This document shows positions 9,471-17,411 of a stretch of DNA of 52,271 bases, piece after piece. The translations under genes and the position numbers were made by a program. The notes below the pieces were generated by a model. That model was not told where the DNA came from and did not search any database. It saw only the letters and a program-made list of their open reading frames with translations. Numbering within the stretch: the stretch's first letter is position 1; every line of letters starts with the position of its first letter. This stretch comes from Nitrospirota bacterium (GTDB lineage: Bacteria; Nitrospirota; 9FT-COMBO-42-15; HDB-SIOI813): the NCBI GenBank assembly GCA_016217665.1, contig JACRHF010000041.1, positions 1 to 52,271 on the forward strand, in the 5' to 3' direction.

Positions 9471-9532
9471 AATCTAAGGCGTCAAGGAGGTTTTTTAGGG
9501 TTTTTGGGGTCTTTCAAGGGGTATGAAAGTAT

Positions 9533-9580
9533 AAAAGGGGACAGATTTATTTTACAGCAAAAATAAATCTGTCCCCTTTT
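9533..9580. repeat. REP hairpin: two inverted 21-nt units with a 6-nt loop
   Basis: AAAAGGGGACAGATTTATTTT / ACAGCA / AAAATAAATCTGTCCCCTTTT. Confidence 0.9.
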
Positions 9581-9593
9581 TTCTTTAGCGGCC

Positions 9594-10004
9594 TCAGGAA
9601 GATTTTTTGAAACCAGTAGCCGTGAGATAGGCCATCAGGGCCATCGTGGCGATCAGGGATAACGCGCCGATGGGGGCCAGATTGACCGCAGCCTCTAATC
9701 CAAGTCCGGTGAGGTAGAGCATCCCTGAGTGGAATATGGCGCCCACTAAGAGGAGGATACTGACTATTTTGGCCAGTCCGGCAGGGACCTCTAAATGGCA
9801 GAGGATATAGCCTATGACGATATTCAAGACCGACTCAAGATTCCCATGGGCATGCGCCGTGCCAAGCCACTCATGCTGTTCGCTTTCATGCCACTCTGGT
9901 CCGCCGCTCTTGGCCTTAAAGGCTAAGAATAATCCGAGCAGCAGGGTCGTGATAAAATAGGAAAAGCCAAAGACCATATTCTTTTTACCGATCTCATTTT
10001 TCAT
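9594..10004 (-). CDS. four-TM membrane protein with a His-rich loop, unknown function
   Basis: 136 aa. The loop PEWHESEQHEWLGTAHAHGNLES lies between hydrophobic helices. I do not recognise the family. Confidence 0.5.
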   Translation of the reverse strand: MKNEIGKKNMVFGFSYFITTLLLGLFLAFKAKSGGPEWHESEQHEWLGTAHAHGNLESVLNIVIGYILCHLEVPAGLAKIVSILLLVGAIFHSGMLYLTGLGLEAAVNLAPIGALSLIATMALMAYLTATGFKKSS

Positions 10005-10040
10005 CTGATTTACCCTCCACTTAATTCTTTGGGTTTTTCT

Positions 10041-10083
10041 GGGGACACCCTACTTAATTTTTAGAATTAAGTAGGGTGTCCCC
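10041..10083. repeat. perfect 19-bp-stem hairpin in a divergent intergenic region
   Basis: GGGGACACCCTACTTAATT / TTTAG / AATTAAGTAGGGTGTCCCC. It shares the GGGGACA start with the REP family. Confidence 0.8.
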
Positions 10084-10204
10084 AAAACTATGTCATAGAA
10101 AAAGAGAGATTGTCAACAACTTTTGTCAGTCCTGCGGAGGCTGTTTACAAAATAACTTGATTTTTATGCCCCTGTTTCGTTAATATTTTGGCTAACAGAA
10201 TATT

Positions 10205-10594
10205 ATGGAAGAGCATAACGAGACAATAAAGCCAACGAAGCCCCCGGACCGGAGGAACGATCTACGGGAACCTATCATTGTATTCAAGGTTGTGGAGGAT
10301 AACAATCAGGAGCACCTCTTTGGCTATGCCAAAAATATCAGCCGCAGCGGACTTTTTATTGCATCGATAAATCCCCGTGAGCCCGGGGAGCAGTTTTATA
10401 TCACCTTCCAGATCCCCAAGACAGGTATCCGGGCGCGGTGTCAGTGCGAGGTAGTTTGGATCCGGCGGTACAAGCAGGGGAGTACGTTAGAACCGGGTTA
10501 TGGAATCAGGTTTCTCAATCTGACCGACGATATTGCGTTGGCCATTGATAACTGGATCGCCAGGGAAACGCTCGAAATGCTCAATGATGAATAA
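10205..10594 (+). CDS. PilZ domain protein (c-di-GMP receptor type)
   Basis: RxxxR motif (RRNDLR) and the D/NxSxxG motif (NISRSGLF). Confidence 0.8.
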   Translation: MEEHNETIKPTKPPDRRNDLREPIIVFKVVEDNNQEHLFGYAKNISRSGLFIASINPREPGEQFYITFQIPKTGIRARCQCEVVWIRRYKQGSTLEPGYGIRFLNLTDDIALAIDNWIARETLEMLNDE

Positions 10595-11504
10595 GCCGCA
10601 AGGCATCCACCGAGTCAAGGGGTGTCTTTCCATCAGCCCCACGCCCGCCTATCAGGTATAGGGTATCTCCTATGGGGATCATGCCCATCACAATCCTCCC
10701 TGTCTCTAAGGGGGCAAGTTCCGTCCATTGGTTGCGGTCAGGGTCATAGCATGTAATCCTGTTCTCTATCCTGCCTCCGCTGTTTCCTCCTGCGAGATAC
10801 AACCTGTTATTGTGGATGCAGGCGCCTGCACCCGCTGCACGCCAGGGGAGTCTAAACCCTGCCTCGCTCCATCGATCCATCGGGGGATCATAGGATTCCA
10901 CGACGTCGAAATTTTTAAAGCCATCTTCCCGAAGTCCTGCGCCTCCGAGGACCAGTATCCTGTCACCGAGCAGAACGGCCGCAGAGGCAAAGCGCGGGGT
11001 CGGCACCGGGGCAATCTCTCTCCAGGTGTCAATAGCCGGATCAAAGGCCTCGCAGAAGGAAAACCCCGGGTCTGTCATGGGGCCTCCCTTTGTAGCATCT
11101 GGGTGGTGTCCTCCAAACACATACATACAGTGGCCCATGACGGCAGAGACCGGGTAATCATGGGGCCTCAGCATGTCAGATCCCTGAGACCAGGTATCTG
11201 TCTCAGGGTCATAGATCTCTACTCTTCTGAAGAACTCAAACCGTCCGTCCTCATGCCTGAGGCCGCCGCCCATGACGTATATCCTGTCATTAAGAATGGC
11301 TGCCACAGCCCCGGAGCGGGTGGTCGGCATGTCACTGCCTTTGTACCAAATGTCCTTTTCCGGGTCGTATATCCCGGTGCTGTTCAGGCTCTTAAAGTCT
11401 TTACCCCCGCCGCCAAAGACATAGACCTTGCCTTTATAACCTGCCATTGCGAAGTGAGACCGTGCTTCATGCATTGGGGACCTTTTGGACCAGCCTGATG
11501 CCAT
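10581..11504 (-). CDS. Kelch-repeat beta-propeller protein
   Basis: Six repeats contain YVFGG / YVMGGG / YVFGGH / LVLGGA / YLAGG / YLIGGRG, followed by W-containing strands. Confidence 0.8.
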   Translation of the reverse strand: MASGWSKRSPMHEARSHFAMAGYKGKVYVFGGGGKDFKSLNSTGIYDPEKDIWYKGSDMPTTRSGAVAAILNDRIYVMGGGLRHEDGRFEFFRRVEIYDPETDTWSQGSDMLRPHDYPVSAVMGHCMYVFGGHHPDATKGGPMTDPGFSFCEAFDPAIDTWREIAPVPTPRFASAAVLLGDRILVLGGAGLREDGFKNFDVVESYDPPMDRWSEAGFRLPWRAAGAGACIHNNRLYLAGGNSGGRIENRITCYDPDRNQWTELAPLETGRIVMGMIPIGDTLYLIGGRGADGKTPLDSVDALRLIHH

Positions 11505-11520
11505 CTCTTCCCTCTCTCTC

Positions 11521-12144
11521 CTATTCCGTCTTCTGCTTCTGCTTCTTATTATCGCGCGGCACCCCTCTTTTCAGGATATCTTCCTTCCCCATCTTGATCT
11601 GACCAAACGACTTGATCGCGATATAGTTATCTGCCCCTAAATACAGGGCTGGGGTCACACTCTTCAGGTCAGGCATCTTGTCCTTCTTGTCGAAGGCATT
11701 TCCTTTGTAATGGACCGCCAGGACTTCACCTACGATGAAGACATGATCCCCGGTCTTATATTGTTTGACAATCCTGCACTCATACGCGGCATAGGCATCT
11801 TTGAGCACAGGGGTCTTGATCACAGTAGAAGGGAGGGTCTTGATCCGGTAGGCAGAGAATTTATTGATCTCTTTGCCTGAGGTCCTTCCGACCGTTGCGA
11901 TAACCCCCACATTGTCAAAGGTCAGGAAGTTTGCCGTGAACTCACCGCTCTTTTTCAATAGTTGATAGGAATGCCGTTTGGGGGCGATGGCCACCCCAAA
12001 GAGCGGTGGGTCAAAGGAGAGCGCCGTATACCAGGCACAGGTCAGGGCGTCCAACTGGTCGCCGGCCTTAACAGCAACCACGACCGGGACCACAGGATAG
12101 TAGTGATAGAAACCTGCTTTCTCAACTGATCTCTCAACCTTCAT
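11521..12144 (-). CDS. flavin reductase family protein (FMN-binding split barrel)
   Basis: PVVVAVKAGDQLDALTCAWYTALSFDPPLFGVAIAPKRHSYQLLKKSGEFTANFL is typical of the Flavin_Reduct domain. Confidence 0.75.
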   Translation of the reverse strand: MKVERSVEKAGFYHYYPVVPVVVAVKAGDQLDALTCAWYTALSFDPPLFGVAIAPKRHSYQLLKKSGEFTANFLTFDNVGVIATVGRTSGKEINKFSAYRIKTLPSTVIKTPVLKDAYAAYECRIVKQYKTGDHVFIVGEVLAVHYKGNAFDKKDKMPDLKSVTPALYLGADNYIAIKSFGQIKMGKEDILKRGVPRDNKKQKQKTE

Positions 12145-12237
12145 CTTGCACCTCCCGTAGATTTTTGTTGTCGGTGGAAAGTTTAGCAGAGGCGGTGGAA
12201 AAAGTCATCAGACTTTAAATGCAGGTACAGGGCAAGA

Positions 12238-14118
12238 TTAACTCACGATCAGCACCGGAATATTCACCCGATGTCTGACCTTGTAAACCGTTTCCCCGAA
12301 AATCAGATCCTTGAGGCCCCTGTGTCCATGTGCCCCCATCACCAGCAGGTCTGCCTCAAACTCTTTTACAATCGCGGGAATGGCCTTGATGGGTTCTCCA
12401 TAACCCAGACGGTATTCCATCTGGTATCCTCTTTCCACCAGCCTGGAGGCATATGTCTTCAAATTTTCTTCATCCGCCGCTGTTTCATAATCCATGATTT
12501 CACTCCCTAACATCCTGGAACCGGCTGTTTCAACGATATGAATCAACAAGAATTTTGCATCCGTTTCCCCTTGCGGCAAGGCGTGGGCAATTGTCCTGCT
12601 GTCCATCTCTGAGAAATCGAGGGCCACGGCAATCCGTTTGTATCCGGACTTTGTAACGTCACCTAAGACTTGCGCATATTGATGGGGGACCGGCATCCTG
12701 AATTCCTTTCTCCTCTTCACAAATGGATAAATGGCAATGTAGACCAACAGGGCCGCAACGGCAAGGCAAACCGGAAGCAAGGTCATCTGATACAACCACA
12801 CATAATCTCCTGCATTGCCAAACCACCCTCCAAGCGTGTCCATCACCAGTTTGACATTCAATGTGATAATGATCCCGGCTGAGATCCATGCGGCAGATTT
12901 AACCCAATCATTAATCGCGAATTTGCCCATTTTATTTTCATCGCTGACAAAATGGATCAGCGGGATAACGGCAAAGCCCAATTGCAGGCTCAGGATCACC
13001 TGGCTCAGCACCAGCAGTTCGCCCACTTTTCCTTCGCCTAAAAAAATAATAGTGAGGAATGCGGGGATAATCGCAAGCAAACGGGTGATCAATCTTCTCA
13101 ACCAGGGCCGGATCCTCAGATTCAAATATCCCTCCATCACGATCTGACCGGCCAGGGTCCCTGTCACTGTAGAGCTTTGGCCTGATGCAATCAGAGCGAT
13201 TGCAAACAAGATCGGGGCAAGCGCTGTTCCTAACACATCTTTTAATAGATGATGCGCATCCTCGATGCCGGCCACTTTATAAAATCCGTGCTGGTGAAAG
13301 GCCGCGGCCGCAAGGATCAGGATAGACGCGTTCACCAAGAAGGCGATATTCAAGGCAATGGACGTATCCACCAAATTATATTTCAGCCCTGAACGGATGC
13401 TTTCTTCATCCTGCCTGATCTTCCGCGTCTGCACCAGGGCAGAGTGCAGATAAAGATTGTGCGGCATCACCGTGGCCCCGATGATCCCGATCGCAATGTA
13501 TAAGGCAGACGCATCCGGGATGTGGGGGACAAAGCCGGATGCGATCTCCGTGAGCTTAGGGCTGGAAAAAAATATCTCCGCGCAAAAGGCCATGCCGATG
13601 ATGGAGATCATCCCAAGGATAAAGACCTCCATCTTTCGCATCCCATAGCCTTGCAGGATCAGAAATAGGAAGGTATCCAGCACGGTGATGCAGACGCCGA
13701 TGATCATCGGAAGGCCAAAGAGCAGTTTCAGACCGATCGCCATTCCCAGCACCTCTGCAAGGTCCGTGGCGGCGATCGCTATCTCAGCCAATATCCAGAG
13801 AAAAAAATTGACAGGGGACGGATAAGTTTCCTTGGATGCCTGTGCCAGATCCCTTGCACCCGCTAATCCCAGGCGGGCGCTCAGGCTCTGTAGCAGCAAG
13901 GCCATCAGGTTGGACATCAGCAATACCCAGATCAGCGTGTAGCCGAATTGGCTTCCGCCGGCAATGTCCGTTGCCCAGTTGCCGGGGTCCATGTAACCGA
14001 CGCTGACCAGGTAGGCCGGTCCGAAAAATGCGAAAAGCCTCTTCCAGAAATTATGGTGAGCCGTCGTGTCAACGCTTTCATAAACCTCTTCGAGCGACTT
14101 TCTGCTTGCTTCTGTCAT
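12238..14118 (-). CDS. mntH: Nramp-family divalent metal:proton symporter fused to a C-terminal universal stress protein (USP) domain
   Basis: Nramp motifs GYMDPGNWATDIAGG and ATVMPHNLYLHSALV. The C-terminal ~140 aa, RIAVALDFS...LLIHIVET...LLVMGAHGHRGLKDLIFGETVYKVRHRVNIPVLIV, is a USP fold. Confidence 0.85.
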   Translation of the reverse strand: MTEASRKSLEEVYESVDTTAHHNFWKRLFAFFGPAYLVSVGYMDPGNWATDIAGGSQFGYTLIWVLLMSNLMALLLQSLSARLGLAGARDLAQASKETYPSPVNFFLWILAEIAIAATDLAEVLGMAIGLKLLFGLPMIIGVCITVLDTFLFLILQGYGMRKMEVFILGMISIIGMAFCAEIFFSSPKLTEIASGFVPHIPDASALYIAIGIIGATVMPHNLYLHSALVQTRKIRQDEESIRSGLKYNLVDTSIALNIAFLVNASILILAAAAFHQHGFYKVAGIEDAHHLLKDVLGTALAPILFAIALIASGQSSTVTGTLAGQIVMEGYLNLRIRPWLRRLITRLLAIIPAFLTIIFLGEGKVGELLVLSQVILSLQLGFAVIPLIHFVSDENKMGKFAINDWVKSAAWISAGIIITLNVKLVMDTLGGWFGNAGDYVWLYQMTLLPVCLAVAALLVYIAIYPFVKRRKEFRMPVPHQYAQVLGDVTKSGYKRIAVALDFSEMDSRTIAHALPQGETDAKFLLIHIVETAGSRMLGSEIMDYETAADEENLKTYASRLVERGYQMEYRLGYGEPIKAIPAIVKEFEADLLVMGAHGHRGLKDLIFGETVYKVRHRVNIPVLIVS

Positions 14119-14120
14119 GG

Positions 14121-14552
14121 TTATTTATTAACCAGCCTGGCCTGCAGTTTAATCTCTGTACCTGTCAGGGCTTTGGATACGGGGCAGGTCTTTTTTGTAA
14201 TCTCAGCCTTCTCCATGAAGGCTTGTTCCCCTATCCCAGGGACCTGGGCCTCGGTATCAAGGGCAATAGATGTAATCTTAAAGCCGTCTTCTAATTTCTC
14301 AATTTTAACCCTGGCTGTGGTGTGAATCCGTTTCGGCGGGTAACCTGACTCTGCGAGCCCATGGGCCAGGGCCATGGAGAAGCAGCCTGCTAGTGCTGCC
14401 CCGATCAGCTCCTCAGGATTGGTGCCCGTACCCTCCTCAAATCGTGAAGAAAAGGAGTAGGCCCCGTCAAAGGCGCCGCTCCCCAGTTTCATGCGGCCTT
14501 TGCCGTCTTTCAGATTTCCTTCCCACATAGCATCTGCGATGCGTACCGGCAT
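14121..14552 (-). CDS. osmC: OsmC-family peroxiredoxin
   Basis: MPVRIADAMWEGNLKDGKGRMKLGSGAFDGAYSFSSRFEEGTGTNPEELIGAALAGCFSMAL. A GGGAGGTG Shine-Dalgarno lies 6 nt before the ATG at 14552. The longer ORF starting at 14612 would read into a repeat element. Confidence 0.85.
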   Translation of the reverse strand: MPVRIADAMWEGNLKDGKGRMKLGSGAFDGAYSFSSRFEEGTGTNPEELIGAALAGCFSMALAHGLAESGYPPKRIHTTARVKIEKLEDGFKITSIALDTEAQVPGIGEQAFMEKAEITKKTCPVSKALTGTEIKLQARLVNK

Positions 14553-14571
14553 GATAATCACCTCCCTTTCT

Positions 14572-14697
14572 GACGGCTTCGTAAAAAGGCTATCTGCGGC
14601 GTTGCGCTGCATCCTTCGTCATTGCGGCGTACCTAAAAAGTACGCCTCATTCCTCAGGATTTGCGCGCCTTGCATATAGCCTTTTTACGAAGCCGTC
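14572..14697. repeat. 126-bp MITE-like palindromic element with perfect 22-bp terminal inverted repeats
   Basis: GACGGCTTCGTAAAAAGGCTAT ... ATAGCCTTTTTACGAAGCCGTC. There is an internal hairpin GGCGTAC-CTAAAAA-GTACGCC. Confidence 0.8.
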
Positions 14698-14859
14698 CGC
14701 TGTTGAGATTTTTTACGAGGCTATTTTACATCCAATATAACCCTTGTAGTGCACGATGTCCAGACAAAGAATCACACCCAAAAAGCCATTGACAGACGGC
14801 CATCCGTCCTGCTATTCTTTCTATATAAATTTTCCTTTTTTTGAGGAGAGGAGAACGAT

Positions 14860-15099
14860 ATGAGCAAGATCAGCGATGCCCTTTCATTGATCGATATCCT
14901 CAAAGAGGCCATCCGGAGAGAACACGATTCATACGATTATTATCACAAGGCGGCATCCGTCGCTGTGAAACCGGCTTCAAAGAAGATGTTTCTTCATCTG
15001 GCAGAGATGGAGAGGGGGCATGCCAGTGAGCTGACGAGGCATCTTATAGACCTCGAGGCCCAGAACCACATTGACAAGGCACTGACGTCAAGCTTTTAA
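14860..15099 (+). CDS. small ferritin-like / rubrerythrin-family half-domain protein
   Basis: 79 aa with a helical ExxH motif: LHLAEMERGHASEL. Confidence 0.55.
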   Translation: MSKISDALSLIDILKEAIRREHDSYDYYHKAASVAVKPASKKMFLHLAEMERGHASELTRHLIDLEAQNHIDKALTSSF

Positions 15100-15101
15100 G
15101 G

Positions 15102-15167
15102 AAAAGGGGACAGATTTATTTTTCGGCCGGCAATGCCGGAAAATGGAAAATAAATCTGTCCCCTTTT
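15102..15167. repeat. REP pair: inverted 21-nt units separated by 24 nt that contain their own small hairpin
   Basis: AAAAGGGGACAGATTTATTTT ... CCGGCAATGCCGG ... AAAATAAATCTGTCCCCTTTT. Confidence 0.9.
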
Positions 15168-15186
15168 CCTCCCTGAGGAGAAGAAG

Positions 15187-16155
15187 ATGGACATCTCAAA
15201 AAATGACCTCCTCCAATTGTACTATTACCTTAAATTAACCCGCCGTATAGAAGATCGTGTTACCGCACTCTATCGCCAGGGGAGGATCCTCGGAGGCGCA
15301 TGGACGAGCAACGGGATGGAGGCCATCTCCGTGGGCTATGCCTATGCCCTTGAGAAGGAGGATGTCATCGCCCCCTATTTCAGGGATATGGGGGCATTCC
15401 TCGTAAGAGGGATTACGCCTCAGAGGGTTATGGCGCAGTACCTTGGCAAGAAGACCGGGATCACAGGGGGGAAGGAGGGGAATGTCCATGCCGGGGATAT
15501 CCATCTTGGCGTCTTTGGCTTCCCCAGTCATCTGGCGGACAATTATCCTGTCGCCGTGGGTGCCGCCCTTTCCTTCAAGATCCGGGGAGAGAGGCGCGTG
15601 GCAGCGGCCTGCACCGGGGAGGGGGGCACCAGCCGTGGGGACTTCCACGAGGCATTAAATATGGCCTCAGTATGGAAGGTCCCTGTGGTATTCTTTTGCA
15701 ATAATAACCAGTACGCCTATTCCACCCCCTTCAGGATTCAGATGGCGGTCAAAGATGTTGCAGAGCGTGCAAAGGCCTATGCGATCCCTTCAGAGATCGT
15801 AGATGGCAATGATGTGGTGGCTGTGTACAGTGCTGCCAAAAACGCATACGACAGGGCCAGGAAGGGGGAGGGGCCGACATTTATCGAATGTAAGACGATG
15901 CGGATGCATGGACATTCAGAGCATGATGCGGCCAAGTATGTCCCACGGGAATTGCTTGAAGAGTGGAAAAAGAAGGACCCCATCATGAATATGGAGAGAT
16001 ACCTCCTCTCGAACAAGACGGCGACGGAGGAGGAACTGAAGGGGATTGACGAGCGCGTCACGAAAGAGGTTGATGAGGCGGAGGCATTTGCAGAGAAGAG
16101 CCCCCTACCGGAAGGAAGAGACGCCCTGGAAGGGGTTTATGCCACGCCGGTTTAG
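15187..16155 (+). CDS. 2-oxoacid (pyruvate / branched-chain / acetoin type) dehydrogenase E1 alpha subunit
   Basis: TPP-binding region GEGGTSRGDFHEALNMASVWKVPVVFFCNNNQYA. Substrate specificity cannot be read from the sequence. Confidence 0.85.
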   Translation: MDISKNDLLQLYYYLKLTRRIEDRVTALYRQGRILGGAWTSNGMEAISVGYAYALEKEDVIAPYFRDMGAFLVRGITPQRVMAQYLGKKTGITGGKEGNVHAGDIHLGVFGFPSHLADNYPVAVGAALSFKIRGERRVAAACTGEGGTSRGDFHEALNMASVWKVPVVFFCNNNQYAYSTPFRIQMAVKDVAERAKAYAIPSEIVDGNDVVAVYSAAKNAYDRARKGEGPTFIECKTMRMHGHSEHDAAKYVPRELLEEWKKKDPIMNMERYLLSNKTATEEELKGIDERVTKEVDEAEAFAEKSPLPEGRDALEGVYATPV

Positions 16156-16172
16156 GCGGGGGGGAGACAGGC

Positions 16173-16218
16173 AAATCCCCCTTAATCCCCCTTTACTAAA
16201 GGGGGAAATAGGGGGATT
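16173..16218. repeat. G/C-run palindromic element (intergenic copy), family AATCCCCCTTAATCCCCCTTTACTAAAGGGGGAAA.AGGGGGATT
   Basis: Nested stems: AATCCCCCT..AGGGGGATT (outer) and TCCCCCTTT ACT AAAGGGGGA (inner). Copies also occur at 18836-18914 and 31973-32019. Confidence 0.85.
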
Positions 16219-16248
16219 AGAGGTAAGAAGTTAGAGGATAGGAGTCAG

Positions 16249-17223
16249 ATGGCTGAAGTGACCTATTTAGAGGCGATCAAACAGGCGCTGGATGAGGAGA
16301 TGACGCGGGATAACAATGTGTTCATCTTAGGGGAGGATGTAGGATACTATGGCGGCGCCTTTCGTGTCACCGAGGGGTTCTATGAGAAGTATGGTCAGTG
16401 GAGGGTCCTTGATACCCCCCTTTCGGAGTCCGGGTTTACCGGGGCAGCCATTGGGGCCGCCCTGATGGGGATGAGGCCTGTCGTCGAGATGCAGTTTGCC
16501 GATTTTATCTCCTGCGCCTTTGACCAGATTGTGAGTGTTGCGGCGAAGAATAACTACCGCTGGGGAGGGAAGACCCCGATGGTGATCCGGGCGCCGTTCG
16601 GAGGTTTTGTCCATGGCGGGGCATTTCACTCCGCGTGTCCGGAGACCTGGTTCTTCAATGTGCCGGGGTTGAAGATGGTGGCCCCATCCGATCCTTACGA
16701 TGCAAAAGGCCTGCTCAAGGCCGCTATCCGTGACGATGACCCGGTCATATACTTTGAGCACAAGTTTCTCTATAGGCGGATAAAAGGTGAAGTACCGGAA
16801 GGAGATTATCTGGTCCCTCTGGGCAAGGCGAAAGTCGTCAGAGAAGGGAAGGACATCTCGGTGATTACCTACTCGGCGATGGTGCACACGGCCTTAGAGG
16901 CCGCTCAGGCCCTGGAAGGGGAGGGGATTAGTCTGGAGATCGTAGATCTTAGGACACTACTCCCCTTGGATAAAGAGGGGATCTATGCGTCTGTTAGAAA
17001 GACCAACAGGGTGATCATCCTGTATGAAACCCCGAGGACCGGGGGTGTGGGGGCAGAGGTCGCCGCATTGATCTCCGAGGAGATGTTTGGACATCTTGAC
17101 GGCCCCATCCTCAGGGTAAGCGCCCCGGATACCCCTGTCCCCTATAGCCCCCCCTTCGAGGAGTTCTATCTGCCCAAGGCAGAAGATGTGATCAAGGCCG
17201 CGCGGAAACTGGCGGCCTATTAA
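16249..17223 (+). CDS. 2-oxoacid dehydrogenase E1 beta subunit
   Basis: Transketolase-like pyrimidine-binding and C-terminal domains: GEDVGYYGGAFRVTEGF, LDTPLSESGFTGAAIGAAL. Confidence 0.88.
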   Translation: MAEVTYLEAIKQALDEEMTRDNNVFILGEDVGYYGGAFRVTEGFYEKYGQWRVLDTPLSESGFTGAAIGAALMGMRPVVEMQFADFISCAFDQIVSVAAKNNYRWGGKTPMVIRAPFGGFVHGGAFHSACPETWFFNVPGLKMVAPSDPYDAKGLLKAAIRDDDPVIYFEHKFLYRRIKGEVPEGDYLVPLGKAKVVREGKDISVITYSAMVHTALEAAQALEGEGISLEIVDLRTLLPLDKEGIYASVRKTNRVIILYETPRTGGVGAEVAALISEEMFGHLDGPILRVSAPDTPVPYSPPFEEFYLPKAEDVIKAARKLAAY

Positions 17224-17235
17224 TACGAACACAAT

Positions 17236-17350
17236 AAATGGCTTTATACGGCGTTGGACTCCTCGGAAAATCGCAGACATAATACAAAAGACGTACTACC
17301 AAAGTACGCCTGCCGGTTTTCCTCGTCGTCCGCCTTGTCTAAAGCCATTT
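17236..17350. repeat. 115-bp palindromic element related to the one at 14572-14697
   Basis: Ends are AAATGGCTTTA ... TAAAGCCATTT. It shares the internal strings CGGCGTTG, AAGTACGCCT and CGCCTTG with the 14.6-kb copy. Confidence 0.6.
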
Positions 17351-17411
17351 CTTGCGTTCGTGGAAGTCACTTTTCCTACCCCAACTCCCTCTCTGAGGGA
17401 GGGGGAGTGAC

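Noticed and set aside
10728-11498. 256-aa ORF on the plus strand
   Set aside because: It lies entirely antisense to the well-supported Kelch-repeat gene (10581-11504). Its composition is Arg/Pro/Gly-rich and low in complexity, typical of a shadow ORF in GC-rich coding DNA.
14553-14612. 20-codon N-terminal extension of osmC in the ORF track
   Set aside because: The extension reads into the 126-bp palindromic element. The internal ATG at 14552 has a strong GGGAGGTG Shine-Dalgarno and gives the canonical OsmC N-terminus.
16046-16234. 62-aa ORF spanning the E1a/E1b intergenic region
   Set aside because: It overlaps the 3' end of the E1 alpha gene in another frame and is otherwise encoded by the palindromic repeat (PLNPPLLKGEIGG). 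It is a repeat artefact rather than a gene.
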